A DNA stretch of 59,708 bases, filler included, from Sphacelaria rigidula (taxonomy: Eukaryota): assembly GCA_964200075.2 (NCBI GenBank). It is 3 parts of 3 records of this genome, joined end to end, with 100 filler letters (N's around TTAATTAATTAA, not from the genome) between each part and the next. Parts side by side here need not be neighbours in the genome. Positions count along the whole stretch, not along the records: positions 39,874 to 59,708 come from CAXNAA020000603.1; 2 more parts are not named here. One strand, written 5' to 3'. The translations under genes and the position numbers were made by a program. Below, one piece after another: positions 39,874 through 52,590 of this stretch. Numbering within the stretch: the stretch's first letter is position 1; each line of letters opens with the position of its first letter. The notes under the pieces are model-generated. The model was given only the letters and a program-made list of their open reading frames with translations, ran no database searches and had not been told where the DNA came from.

Positions 39874-40036
39874 GGGTAATGTGCAGAAGACTAAGGAAAA
39901 CAAAAAAATAGAACCCCCCCCCCCCCCCCGTTAATCAGGGTTTGATTACATATGTTATCTTGCGGTCTCCTTATGGATATAACTCCACTTCCCCGCCCCG
40001 CCCCGCCCCGCCCCGCCCCTGCTGCGCTATGTTCAG

Positions 40037-41500
40037 GTACCGTTTATAGTGTACAATGTACCCGCGCTGGACACAGCGGTGCAAGAGTGGAGTGACCCGC
40101 TCAAGCTGTCTGCCGCCTTGCGCGATAAAAAACTACAGTTGAGTCGTAAATCATGCCCCAACCCCACATTTTCCATTCGACCCTCCGATCCAATCATTGA
40201 AGAATTTTTCACTCTGTTATGCTCCTCCCATGGTTACGATCGTTGTCTTCGCTTGAATCCCATCCAATGATAAAAGCCCAACTGTTCTAGCGCCGCTACA
40301 GCACACCTACTCGGGTCACCTCCATGGAGCGCTACATGGAAAACATGCCGTGCTACGATGGAGGGGGTGCAAAAATAGAGGAGGCGTACCGTTGCGCTGC
40401 GGTCCGTGGGGCCCACCTCCGACGAATGTGTTCTAACGATTGCTGCGAACATTTTGACGGTACCTCCTGCTTGAAAATCCGCTGCTTATGAGTGATATCA
40501 ACATGCTGGGTGGGGAACTACCTATTAACACCTCGACGAGGGGACGGAGGATATGTGTGTGTGTGTGCAAAGAGTTTCATGTCTTCCCTCACTGCGGGTC
40601 TGAGATCCTTGCCACGCTCACGGCCCTTCTGTCGTTGCATGACTGGCAAAAAAAGTGAAACTAACTACGAGCGGTCGTGAGGCTTGCTAGCGTACATTGG
40701 AGCAAATGCAGTGCACGCCTGTGATCCCTAACCTCGCCGGGTTATCTTGCATCTGCACCGCCCGACCATAGCTCTCTTTGCGTCATCGCGCCAGGACGTT
40801 CTGCGCTACTCGCGTTCCACCCTCTCACCTGTCTCCCTCCAACCCCCTGACTACGGCATGCAAGATCATGAGTGCCCCCCCCCCCCCCGGTTACGGGAAA
40901 CGTGTGTTCCTTTTCCGTCACCCACGACCTCATCATGTCTGCGACATTTGGAATACAGTAGTGGTGCTTATTTGGTATAATAGCCCCACCCCCCTCCCCC
41001 ATTGCGGTCGATAAGGGGGTACCGTTGGACCCCTCACGTAAATCTTAATTGGCAGATGTGATCATTTCTTGCAACCAATCTCCTTGTACACACCGAAGAA
41101 TGAACTCGTCCGCAGACAGGATGAGGGTAGTAGCCTGCAGCAACTGTTTTCTTCTTTGCCCCAGTATTCTTCGCTGCAGTTCGCGCTGTGCAGCGCTCCC
41201 AGTGTCGCTACTATCCGTTAATTCCGTCATATTTGTTTTCCATATATGCCTGCGCTTCCCTCTTCTACCGGCCGTTCTTGAGACCGCCCGTGTACCCTTT
41301 TGGTCCACACATGCTGAGTTTTGGGACCTACTTGCGACGATAATTACAGTGACATGTTCCGCGAGGGTTTCGCCTTTCCCAATCTCGGCCCTTCACTCGC
41401 GCTTCCTCTTCCCAGTCATCTCCTAGTGATTCATACGCCTGTGTGCGTAGAATATGATCTAGCGTTTTTCCTGTTGTGTCTGCCGCTTACACATGGCGTC

Positions 41501-41532
<32 letters not shown>

Positions 41533-44371
41533 GTGCGCGCGTTTGTTTTGCCGATCCTTGCTGGTTCCTCGAATCGTCCAGGATTGACGTGTCACAGACC
41601 AACCACTTTCTATATCACGGCAGACCGGCCGCACGTCGTCCGACCGGGTGGACTCCGCCGACGCGCAGGTGTGTGGTGATCATGATAGAAGAGTGTATTG
41701 TCTGAGGCCATCATCCGGTGAAGAACAGATGCGAATGAAAGCTGAGATTAGCACATTCCAACTGTGCCTACTTCACCCGGAACATCGAAAGTGAAGCTCT
41801 TCATGGGCTTTCGCCTTCAAAAATAAGCCCCGTGGTAGCTTTTAGGCAGCCAAAATATAATGTTTTCTCCATAATTGCGATGGGCATGACGAGATCTACT
41901 TAAGTTTATTCGTGACTGAGCAACCTTTCCGAGGCTTGATATTGTAGAGGAAGTGGTGGGGATCGGTTTTGACTATTATTTTCCGTGTTTTGTATCTCAC
42001 TTCTGTGTCTGTCGTTTCTGTCTGCGTAGTGTTTTGCGATAGGATCAACAAGTGGACTGACAAAGCCTCCACCAGCTGGAGTTTATCGCCGATGCTCATC
42101 GGTAAGAAGGTTATCGGCCTGCCATTGACTTCCATATTTTATCTCCTGGTTACGCCACGTGTACACTGTGTACACTACCCCCCCCCCCCCCCCCCCCCCT
42201 CCCCCCCCCGCCCCCCGCCCCCCCGATGCACCCCACTAAGAACGCATGTACGACTGTGCGCTGTGCTGTGTACACGAGCGGCCGCTGATACACGTTATCC
42301 ACCTTTTAAAGCGTCCCAGATTATCGGCTAGTTGAACAACATTTGTACAGCGTGAAGCCGAATGGAAAAAAAAAATGATTGTTCCAGGGTAATAGACGGG
42401 TGTACAACGGTTGATCACGGCGACGACGGGCGCATTTTCACAAACCAATTTACGCTGCACTCACCAACTTTGGGAATGTCCAACATGCGGATATCGGGTA
42501 TAAGCGACCACTCGCGTACTTCACGAACGCACTTGTGATTTGTCGGGTGAACGGCCACGCACTGGCGCATATTTCATTCTGGCGCCGAACTCCCTCCGCA
42601 GAAAGAGGTATGCCAGACAGCTGTACCTTTTTCTTGGAGGCAGTGAGCGCTGATGACCCAGTATAACGCGGTTTTCGTCGTCAGGAGCTGCGCTGTTACC
42701 TGAAGGCAGGCAACACTCCCTAACCGTATGTTTGTGGCGATTGCGTCCGCTTCTCGTTCTGCTTTGCGCTCCGCAGGACGCACGGCACGTTCGAATCTTG
42801 GCTGACCAAGGCCCTCAGACCAGGTGTGGTATATACACTTGTGCTTGCTCTTCACACTTTTTGTGAGCACAATGTCGCACCACCGCTTTGAGGAAACCAA
42901 CAATATCGACGGGGGTGTCCGCCTGCTCTTTCAGATTCCCCCCCGAAGCGTTACCGGTCCAAATTAGACCCTAACCCAACCGATCTGCTGTCAACGCAAG
43001 TGCCGCCCACCTTTCGCTCTCCGCGCCAGGAAAAACACTTGTACCTAATTTTGAAGTCTTGGGATGAACGTTTTCCTCCCCGTATCCTCTTTTGTTCCCC
43101 TCCCGAACATCTCCACACACAGGAAGCATGAACATGTTGATGAAACGTATCACCTACTTTCAGCACTTCGCCTGAGAAATATAACACGGGTTTGATTCGA
43201 AACTTTAGCCTGCTCTGTCTCTCTCCATGCATTCCCGCGCCCGCCCTTGCCTTGCCTGTAAACCTCTTGCTCACATAAAAAGCAGACCATGTCGAGCCGC
43301 TAGATCACGCCTCCTGCTCCGCTAGCGGCAGTACCTCAGTCAGGACCAACGACAGAGAGCACTACTACCTCAAGCTGGCTCATAGTAAACAGAAGCCGTT
43401 CGACCTGTTGGCAAGAACCCTGCCGTTTTTTCTCCCGGATGTGAGGTCATCATCAAGCGCCAAAATCGCCCCGAGAGCGACAAGAAAAACGGACGGTCTC
43501 CCACCAAATGCTGGTGGTACGGGCACGGATCCACATACCTACGCCGAGGACAAACACGTCAATACAACGGAGAAGTTGCTGCATGGCAATGAAAAAATCC
43601 GTGTAGACGACGAAAACCGCGAAGACACGTTGGGCGCTTCACTAGCCTTTAGTTACTGTGACGGTGGTAATGGTGTTGACTGCAGGGGCGGCGGTGCTAT
43701 GGCGCAGATGGGCGACATGGCGCAGCGATCTACAAGTGAGTAGCAGTACTCGTTTGGTCAAGGAAGTTTTCACCTGTGAGTTATTCTTCGCGCGTAGCTT
43801 GGCAATTTTTCGGTTTGGTGTTTCTTGACTTGACAATGTTCGGCTTGACTGTGTCCGGACGTCCTGGCTCGTATTCACTTTATTCCAATCGCCAATTCCG
43901 CATCTGCTGGTGGAGAAGTTAATATATATACCGCAACAATGGCGGGTACAGTGAGTGCGTTGCAAGCTGGAGAATGATCAAGTTGGAGTGAATTGCGTGT
44001 CTCGGCTGCCACATAGGACGAAGAAAGTTCAGCATCCCATTACAGGTGAACGCGAGCGGCTGGAGGGAGTCCAGGTACCCGAAGAAGAAAACAAAGCGCG
44101 ACAAAGCTTGAAGTTTTGCTGAGCCGTGCGAATCACGCGGATGCAGCGACATGTACAGTGTATTCCGCGCTGGAGTATTGCTCTGCGGGAGGACTACTAC
44201 CGATGCTGCCGAAGAAATGGTGTCTTGGGCGTCTCCTATCGACGGTCGCTGTAAATGTCGTGATGCCAGCGTCGGAACGATCACTGCCATATCATGGATG
44301 TCTCTCGATCGCTTGTGCATGCCATGAAGTCGATCTTCGATATGCACATACATACGTATGGCTCCCGCATG

Positions 44372-44402
<31 letters not shown>

Positions 44403-47400
44403 ATGGGTAGTGTCGTATTCTATCTCTGTCACATGCAGACGCAGACCAGGACATTGCGGAAACCATCCGGAATGACGACACAAATGAAGAAAAGACAACC
44501 ATTTGCGCCATGAAAGTTCCACCCGTGCATCCAATTTTTCCGAGGAAAAAACAGCACCCGCGGTGGGGGCGTTAGTACTCCACAAACAAGAACGAAAAAC
44601 GTCGGCAGTGAGAATCAGGCCGTTCCCAACGTGAATAAAAGAGTAGAAATATAATTGAGTTCAATAGCAAACACTATTTCCGACGTAGAACCTGCTATGT
44701 TCTTATTCGTATCTTGACAGTAGTTTAGTATGTACTGTCCGCTAGGCATGCATATTTTGTTATATTAGTCCGTAAATACCTGTCTGCCTCGGCACCCACA
44801 CCGCAAACATCGATAACAAAAAATAACACCGGGCCAATTGTTGAGCCTGCTCTGCATGCTCACGCCGAGTGAGTGAGTAAGTACATACGCACTCGCTTCC
44901 TTGCATAGCAAAGCTGTACGAAGCGGGTGGTACTGTTAAATCCACTTGTTTTTTCAAAAATAATTGCCATGTTATCATACAGAGTCCGCTACGAGTGCGG
45001 GCTTACAAAAGCGGAGCACGTTTAGCGGCAAAAGGGGTGATGAGGCTAGTGCGATGCGAATAACGGAAGGCACACGGGGGGGGGAAAGTGGGGATGGCCG
45101 GCGCGGTGGCGAGGAAATGGGCAGGGAGGGCAGGTCGGGAGGCGGCGATGGGCATGGGCTCGGGGGGCAAGATGCAGGTAGTGATGGCGTCAATATCTTC
45201 TTGAGAGACTGGCGAGCATCGAAGGGTATAAACTGTCGCATTGGCATGGAAGGGGTGAGAGAAAACGGTCTGGTGGTGGGTGGCAGGGTGCTTGTTCTCG
45301 TGTGCGTGTGATTTTTCATAAAGTGTGGAAGATGACGATTTCATGGCGGCCGAAGCGTTTTTTTTTCTCGTGGTGTAGACCATATTTCGTCTTCACGACC
45401 GTTGCTCGTTGCCCGAGTCAGTACACTTGATAATCGACCCTTTCGGATGGAATGAAGGTATACTTGCATGTGTAGCCGGCCCGAGGCGTCATAAATGATG
45501 TGAAGGAAAGATCTCCTGGATTACGGGGATTTCGAGGGGAGGGGGGCGGGAGGGTGTACTCATGATAATGCCTGTCATAGTCATCAGTAGGGGGGGGGGG
45601 GGGCGAAACCATTCGTTGCTTGCCTTAGTCGTGTGACCATTGACCACGCATCCCTTTCGAGACGGAGCGGGGGGGCATTCACCCGGGGATAGGGTTGTCC
45701 GAATAGTTGAGTTCAGTGGCATAAGCAAAAAACTTACTTTGTTTTGCGCCGTGGATGTTCACTTAATTTCCGTGGGAATTACTCGTACAAGTTGCGTGAA
45801 TCTCGGGTGAGATATAAAGTATCTTCTTGATTTTGGTGTTGCCACTGAGGCGAGACAACAAAGACGATCAAGCACGGAGACACGAAGTAATACTATTCCT
45901 GCAATCGTAGCCAACCGCACCCCGGTAGGATCAACAACCTTGAAAAACTGCTTCGCGGCGTTGAGCAACTTCACCAGCCTCATTGTCGGTTTCAGCACGT
46001 TGGTGGGGCACGTGTTGACCACCTGAGTATGGCGTGAGGTCTTCAATTTTACTACTACATAGGTGGCCATGTGTTTCTTTAACAGATTTCATGCACTTCC
46101 AGTCAAAACTCGGAAGGAGGGAAAGAAGAGCAAAGATCGACCACGCCACCCTACGTCCCCATACTGTCATAGGTCACAGGCGAAAATGATGCGTTTCGCG
46201 TCAGGGAATGATGGTTTGCGCTTGGTACAGGAATCTTCTACACAAGTTCGAGCAAGATCCGACACAATCATTACCCACCTCACGTGCAGGCCACCGCCGG
46301 GGTGGAAGGGTCATGTATTTGGCAATACTAAAAATGATACACATAGGAGTTCAGAGACAAATAGCTCGAACATGAGCCTTCGAGCAAAGCGTCAAGGTAC
46401 GAGCTGGGGTATCTGAGTGGCGTGGCAAAACAAAAACAAGAAATCTTCCGTTTGAAGATTGAGAGGGGTTGGTGAGGGGGCAAAGGACTTTGGCCTGTTC
46501 GTGTTCTATAGCTAACAAACCATTGCCCAGCCGCCTCCAGACGTTGTGTGTTCTGTCTACTTATTCGCTTTCATCATTTCCTCTCATTTTGGTTTGTTCG
46601 CTTGTTTTAAAATTGCTACTGTGCAGGTTATGTCGACGGCTCACTACGACGGGTCTCGAAACATGGTGGTTTTGTTGTCCGGCAAACGTCGCTGGATTCT
46701 GTCCAACCCCAGGAGCTGCGAGCACATGCGCATGTACCGGAGAGGTCACCCTTCTGGTGGGCATGTGCCTCTCCGTATTGTGTTGTTCAGCAATTGTAAC
46801 TAATTCGGGCTATTCTTCACCACGGAACAAAACTACGAACACCAACACCCACGTTTAGATCGAGAGCGTCCTGTTAACGATTATACTCTTTCAAGACTCT
46901 CCACATTTCTGTAGCTGACGGTATCCCTGACTGCAGGACTTTCAGGATCTCTCAACCAACGACGGAAACGGTAGCAACAGCAGCAGTAGTTAACAGCAGT
47001 CGTGTAGCTTACGACGTATATGTCAGTGGCGGAAGTGTGTGCCTGCGGAAGTGTAGAGTAGTGTGTGCACTTGGATCCCAGCACTGAGACTGCATATGCA
47101 CACGCGTTGTGGAACACTGTCGCTTTACATTTCATTGGGTAAGGTTGTAAAACGCGAAATACATGGTGCGAAAGTACTAGCAGGTAAGATTATTTACCGA
47201 ATACGATACAATTTTGGATCCTCGTTAACCGTCCATGTGTGCATGTGTCCATGTGGGTACGCGTCCTTTTTCATGCGGTGCGCAGCTCGCCACACCTCGG
47301 TGGATTGGACAGATCCTCACGTGGTGTCCGCCTTCTCAAGGCTGGCTAGTGCTACGGCAAACGAGGTCATACTAAGAGCCGGCGAGGCGTTGTATGTGCC

Positions 47401-47761
47401 GGAGCAATGGATTCACTCTGTCGTCAATATTGGAGTCAGTGCTCAATGTAATAGGCGAGTGATGTGCAACCCACAGCGGACTGTCCTGTTTTTCTTACTT
47501 GTCCTACATTTGATTTCATGATACCTGTATGTTCCCCCTAACATAGACAGGTTCTGAGATGATTTATCTTCAACAGTGTCTACGTAGCCGGCATTACCCA
47601 GCCCTTACCCTCTTCTAATCAACGCGCACACATTGAAGACTTGAAAGCTCATGTGTGGTTCGTCGTTTCATGACCGCCCGTACCGCAGGTCTTGCTCGAC
47701 ACTCCCAACCTACTGTGGTGCAATGTTGTTGAGCAGGCATGAGTTTGTGGATGAAATCTGA
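40037..47761 (+). CDS. JmjC-domain (cupin-like) Fe(II)/2-oxoglutarate oxygenase, last eight exons; 5' end missing
   Basis: Phase-consistent exons 40037-40137, 41582-41668, 42777-42823, 43286-43735, 44983-45254, 46627-46756, 47286-47454, 47689-47761. Motifs: VPFIVYNVP..QEWSD, SQTNHFLY, GTFESWL, EHYYL, RTLPFF, GINCRIGMEGVMSTAHYDGSRNMVVLLSGKRRWIL, GHPSARHTSVDW, VILRAGEALYVPEQWIHSVVN. The HxD...H iron triad is intact. The last exon is the least certain. Confidence 0.88.
45536..45677. repeat. G-run-bounded dispersed element, short copy
   Basis: Matches both ends of 7141-7560. Confidence 0.7.
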
Positions 47762-47843
47762 CGGGCGGTAACTTCAGTCGCGATGGACTCCCTCTCTCGT
47801 TTGATCTGAGCGATATTCTCGCCAACGTTGATGTTCGTTAGGC

Positions 47844-50800
47844 TCAGATTTGCAGTTGCCGTGAGAGTCGCCGTGTGAGTTTTTGTGTCGACCTGCAACG
47901 AAATAGTGACGCTGGCGGGCTGATGTCCCGCCGGAGTCTGAGAGTGATTTTGGGGGTGCGTGCTAAGCTCAGCAAGAAAAGAAGCCCCACTGCTCCAAAA
48001 GGCAACGCTTCTATGGATGTACCTTGAAAGTTGAAGAAATTGAGGTTGGTCTTGTTGGGATTTACATTCTTTCTCGTGCTCCTCAAGCACTTCGAGAAGT
48101 GCGCAGTTATTCGTGTGCTGTATTCCGTTTACTCTCCTTCGTATGTGCTCCGTATGTATGTTGTGCCTGTAGTCGCTCCGGCAGGTCACGAACCTACGCG
48201 GAGATCATTTCGAACTGCGAAGACCGAGCCTTTGCCGTGTAGAAAATAATTTGGCGACGAAAAGCGAATGTTTACGGCGAGGCGGCAGAGGAAAAAATGA
48301 GGAGCGGCGTTTAATGTGACGGAGTATCTCACACCCACACTCTTCTCCGAATGATGAGCTTCTAACCCCTCGACTGTCCTCCAAAACGTTCAGCGGCTAC
48401 AGCGTGTAGCTCAACACCGCTCGGAAGATCTTGACGTCTTTCGTAATTGATGGGATCTTCCGTGAGTACGGGATCTGCGATGGAATTCGAGGACGAGATC
48501 ATAGCTGGAGGGACAATGTCCTGTCACGTACAGTGGGATGTAGACATGTCCCCTCCGCCGGCACGTGCGGTGTATTTGTACTCACAGTGCACAGTAGCGC
48601 TGCTTTATGCTACTCAGAAGCTTGGAGAGTACGCATGCAGCAAATGGATGGGAGCTCGCTTACCACGAGCCTATTCTCGACAACTTACTTACGGCCCGTT
48701 CTCAATATGTTGGTCTGTGCGAATGGTATGTTACGGGCAAATGGCTTTCTAGCTGATCTCTACATAGCGCTGCGGAAGCGCGACTTGAGGAGAACTTAAG
48801 ATAACGCAGCATGCGACGCGACTTCCTGCGAAGAAGCGATCACCCGTGCACTAGTTCATTTCAAATCCACCCAGTGTTTCAAATTAGTCAGGTCAGATCT
48901 CATCGGTGTAGAGCAAACAGGGAGGTCGAAGCGCAAAACGTCATGCTCTGGACGTAAGGATGTCTTAGGCACAGCTTTCAGGACGTGATTTTCTTTCTTT
49001 GTATTGGTGTTGAGAATCAAAACGACGTCACGAGTTCTCATCAACGAGACGTTTCGATCGATTCGGGAATTCGATAATTAATAAACACCGAGGGCACATC
49101 GACAGTTCGATGAAGTTTCTTTTGGAACAAAATCGCACTGTGAGTGTAAGGAGGCATGTCTGTAACCTCTGTAATCGTTACAAGGATCCCCCACCCACTA
49201 ATTAGGCTACTCGGCGGCAGCCATTGACCACCCCTCCGGGCCCACTAGTCGAATAGCTAGCCCATCATGGTACTGAACCATCACCACTACGCCGCGATCG
49301 GAACTCCCCCCTCAGGCTTAGAGCTCAAAAGCCCTCGGACTGAGTGTGGTTCGTCGTAGGATCGCCGCGTGACCATGCTCATTTCACTTGAGCAATCGAC
49401 GACGACATCTTGGATAGTCACCGATCTTGATAGCTGCTCTGCCAGATTAGACCACGTGAGGAATTCGACCACCGTGCAGAAATGATTCCATCATGGCCTT
49501 GAGCAGTCATCGGTCTTGCTGACCGTTCTGCCGAGTTAGGCCACGCCGAAGATTAAAGCATCGTGCAGAAACAATTCTAGGGTCCCTTCACGATATCACA
49601 ACTCAGTCAAGTCGATTCTCGTATCCTTGCGTTGTATCTTGACCGTGAGAATTATCGACCGGACCATGATCTAACCTCGCTTTCACACGCTGGGATACAT
49701 GATCGACTACTACTCCAGAAGTGAACTCCCCGCAGCGTAACCCCCTGCTGGTTGTGTTGGACGTACTGGCTCGTGCGGCGCTGTGTCAGTAGACAGAAAA
49801 GCAGAGGTTCGCACAGTATCTGTTAAGCTACCTTGCGATGGGCAGCGAAAAAGAAAAAAAGTCGGACATTTTTCTGTGGCGCTTTTCGGTCAAAACAAAA
49901 TCGAAAAGCCTCTTTTGCACCCAGAGGGTGGGAGGAAAAGCTGGGCAGGCTTGGGAGAGAGAAAGTGGTGGCGATCGAGATCAAGCCTCAACGCTTATCA
50001 CTTTACGGAGCAAAACCAACTCTACACACGTACGTCCAACGAAGCTATATGATCTGGTTCACCTACCACACTGCCGCTGACGCGGTAGCCTTGCCAGCTC
50101 TTAGCTTAGATCAACTCCAATCTCACACAGAAAATATTCTTCAGCATACGTGGCCTAGATACTCTGCTAGAAGAGTATCTTCCTGTGCCAAATCATGGCA
50201 ACACGCCTACCTCAGTAACATCCTGCTCGAAACATCACTCGGACAATTAGAGTATAGATTAGTTTACACGGTTAGGACGAATCAGAGTTCATACGAGTTG
50301 GCTCCTCATGAAATGACAATATTCAACCTGTATCAACTGTTGGTCCCGCTGAGTCGAGGGCGGATAACACATATGCAGCGCAGGCATCTTGCGCGCTTTA
50401 CAGCTGGGAGAAAAGTACGCGCGATCCAGAACCCATGGAATGACAAATCCAACCTGTCTGTGTACATCGTCGGTCCCGCATTTACCCGAACGTGGGAAAA
50501 ACATACGGACGCTCACCTCGAAGGACTCGGTCAAGCAACTTGTACATGACGTTTCCCCCTCATGATGATGAGAAGTACGTGGCATGTCCAATCGATCCAT
50601 TCAAGTTGAAATGCAGGGAATGACCATGTGCCCACTATTTTCCCCGATATTCACGGAAGATAGGAAAAAGGTACCTTTAACATGTACTGCACGACGCACG
50701 AGCTGAAAGGCTGCGTAAATTACAAATGATGTACGAATCGTATGATGTGTTCGTTGGAATGATGAATATGAGTTTAATCACAAGTTTAGTAGTCCTAACT

Positions 50801-51771
50801 GTGATGGATTACGACAAAAAAGGTACTCCGTGAAAAAGACACGTGGTTCGTGCTTTCCTTGAACCGTCATGAGTTGTGCCGCTTATCATTTGTAGCGACG
50901 ACTTGATTCGAACGCAATGAATATAGACTGCATCATCTAGATTCTCAACACCCCCCCGTGAATGATGTGTCGTTTCCAAAGAAAGATAGTGTACTCAACA
51001 CACTAAGTGTAGTATAATCAATGCAGTCAGACGAAACAACACACATTGTGCTGTTGTACAATTCATCTGTCGTGCTGTCACGCCCGTGAATGGGGGCCCT
51101 AGCGTCCATAACTCCGTGGGCAAAAACAAAAGTAACGTGGAGGAATATTGAACGCATCATAGACTGGTCGGGCCTGTGCCGAACCTCCACCGAACTTCTG
51201 CCGGGCAGAAATCACTCTCCATCCCGTGTTACCTAGGTTTAGTGTGCGACAGCTGTATTTTTTTTATCGCGTCTTTCTCGATGCAGGAAGCGAACCGGCC
51301 TGTGGCACTCCACAGCCCCCCCGCACACACACTAGACCTAGTTAGTCGCGCTACGGATTTGCTCATTTCACCGCAGCGGATGACAGCCTGGGTTTGTTTT
51401 TGAGGTTCAATATTTATTTGGGTGAGGTTCAGCTGACCATCGAAATTTCATTTGTTTCGTCGAAAAGGCTCGGGATACGCAAGCGGTTTCGACCATGTAA
51501 CCCTCACCCAGAAGTTGCTGTGCGGCAGCGCAAGCATAATGGTGCGCAGTCCAACAGAAAAACCGCCGTCATTGTGCGGCATCTTTTGAGCAGGACCTGC
51601 GTCTAAGCGCTACGGAACACGTAACAAAGCATGCTGAAAACGTACTTATTTGGACTAGTTATCGATTTTTCGAGCGCCTCTTGTTGAGTATCTGAGAGAG
51701 ACTTCATACTGTTGCGCCGGCAACGATCGCTGTCAGCGAAACGGTCCAATGCGGTGACAGACGCCAGCGAT
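47844..51771 (-). CDS. Putative last two exons of an unknown gene convergent with the JmjC gene
   Basis: Exon 51771-51646 (ttcaaag|...|gtacgt; SLASVTALDRFADSDRCRRNSMKSLSDTQQEALEKSITSPN) joins in phase 2 to 47892-47844 (tttcgttgcag|; STQKLTRRLSRQLQI*). A possible upstream exon lies at 57922-57865. No homology recognised. Confidence 0.4.
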
Positions 51772-52424
51772 CTTTGAAACGCAGCATCATTCAGCAGTCT
51801 GCTGAGATATATCAGCACACCACAGTACAGCATCACTACAGTACAGTCGTCAGTTGGAAAAATGGATGCCCCACAATAAAGCTGCGCACACACACAACAG
51901 GGGTAAGGGTTAGTCCTACGCTTGGGGTCGGTTTGCCAGTGGTGCCCACGCGAGGCGCTTCATTCAGTCTGAACCAACTATCACGCCTTGTATGGTCACT
52001 TCCGCCGTGGCTGTGTTGAGAACCGGGTTCGGGGTGGGGCTGTCGAAGAATACTACTGTAGTGCAACGCGCTTGCAAAACCCGAGCCTTTTTTTCAATTT
52101 AGAACCCGCATCAGCTGCAGTTTGAATATCGCTCCTGACGGTCCCAAACGGGGTCTGATCCAGCGACGGAAAGTGCTGTCACCTTCCTCAGATAAGATTT
52201 GTGACAACTGGGGGGATATTCGGGGAACATCGCTCGAAATGAAACATGTAGAATAGTATTCAGAGGTATCGTAGTACATCTTTTCCCGTTCGAAATCGAA
52301 ATTTCCTTGCTTCAACGCTTTATATCCGTTACAATGAAAGACTGCTCTCCAAGAAAACCATCCCTTATTTTAGGACTCCTCCTGGGGTCTAATCTAATCT
52401 ATTCATTTTATTTTATTCATTGTT

Positions 52425-52572
52425 TATTTGTCGCACTTTGAAGCCCTCCCGTCCCTCGGGATGAGTCCGTGGTCTCAAGGGATCAACCCATCTCTCTCCC
52501 GGTAAGCTCCATGCCTTTCGGTCTCGAGGATTGGGTCAGCACTCCCGCACCGCGTCAACTCACGTCATCGAA
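52425..52572 (-). repeat. Dispersed repeat family A, copy 3 (reversed)
   Basis: Reverse complement of about 8830-8980. Confidence 0.8.
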
Positions 52573-52590
52573 CACACTCAGCCAACTACC

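Noticed and set aside
38608-40137. Joining the signal-peptide exon to the JmjC gene
   Set aside because: They are separated by an artificial spacer between size-sorted contigs.
41045-41308. 87-aa (-) ORF with a helical look
   Set aside because: It is antisense within a JmjC intron, with no splice partners or motif.
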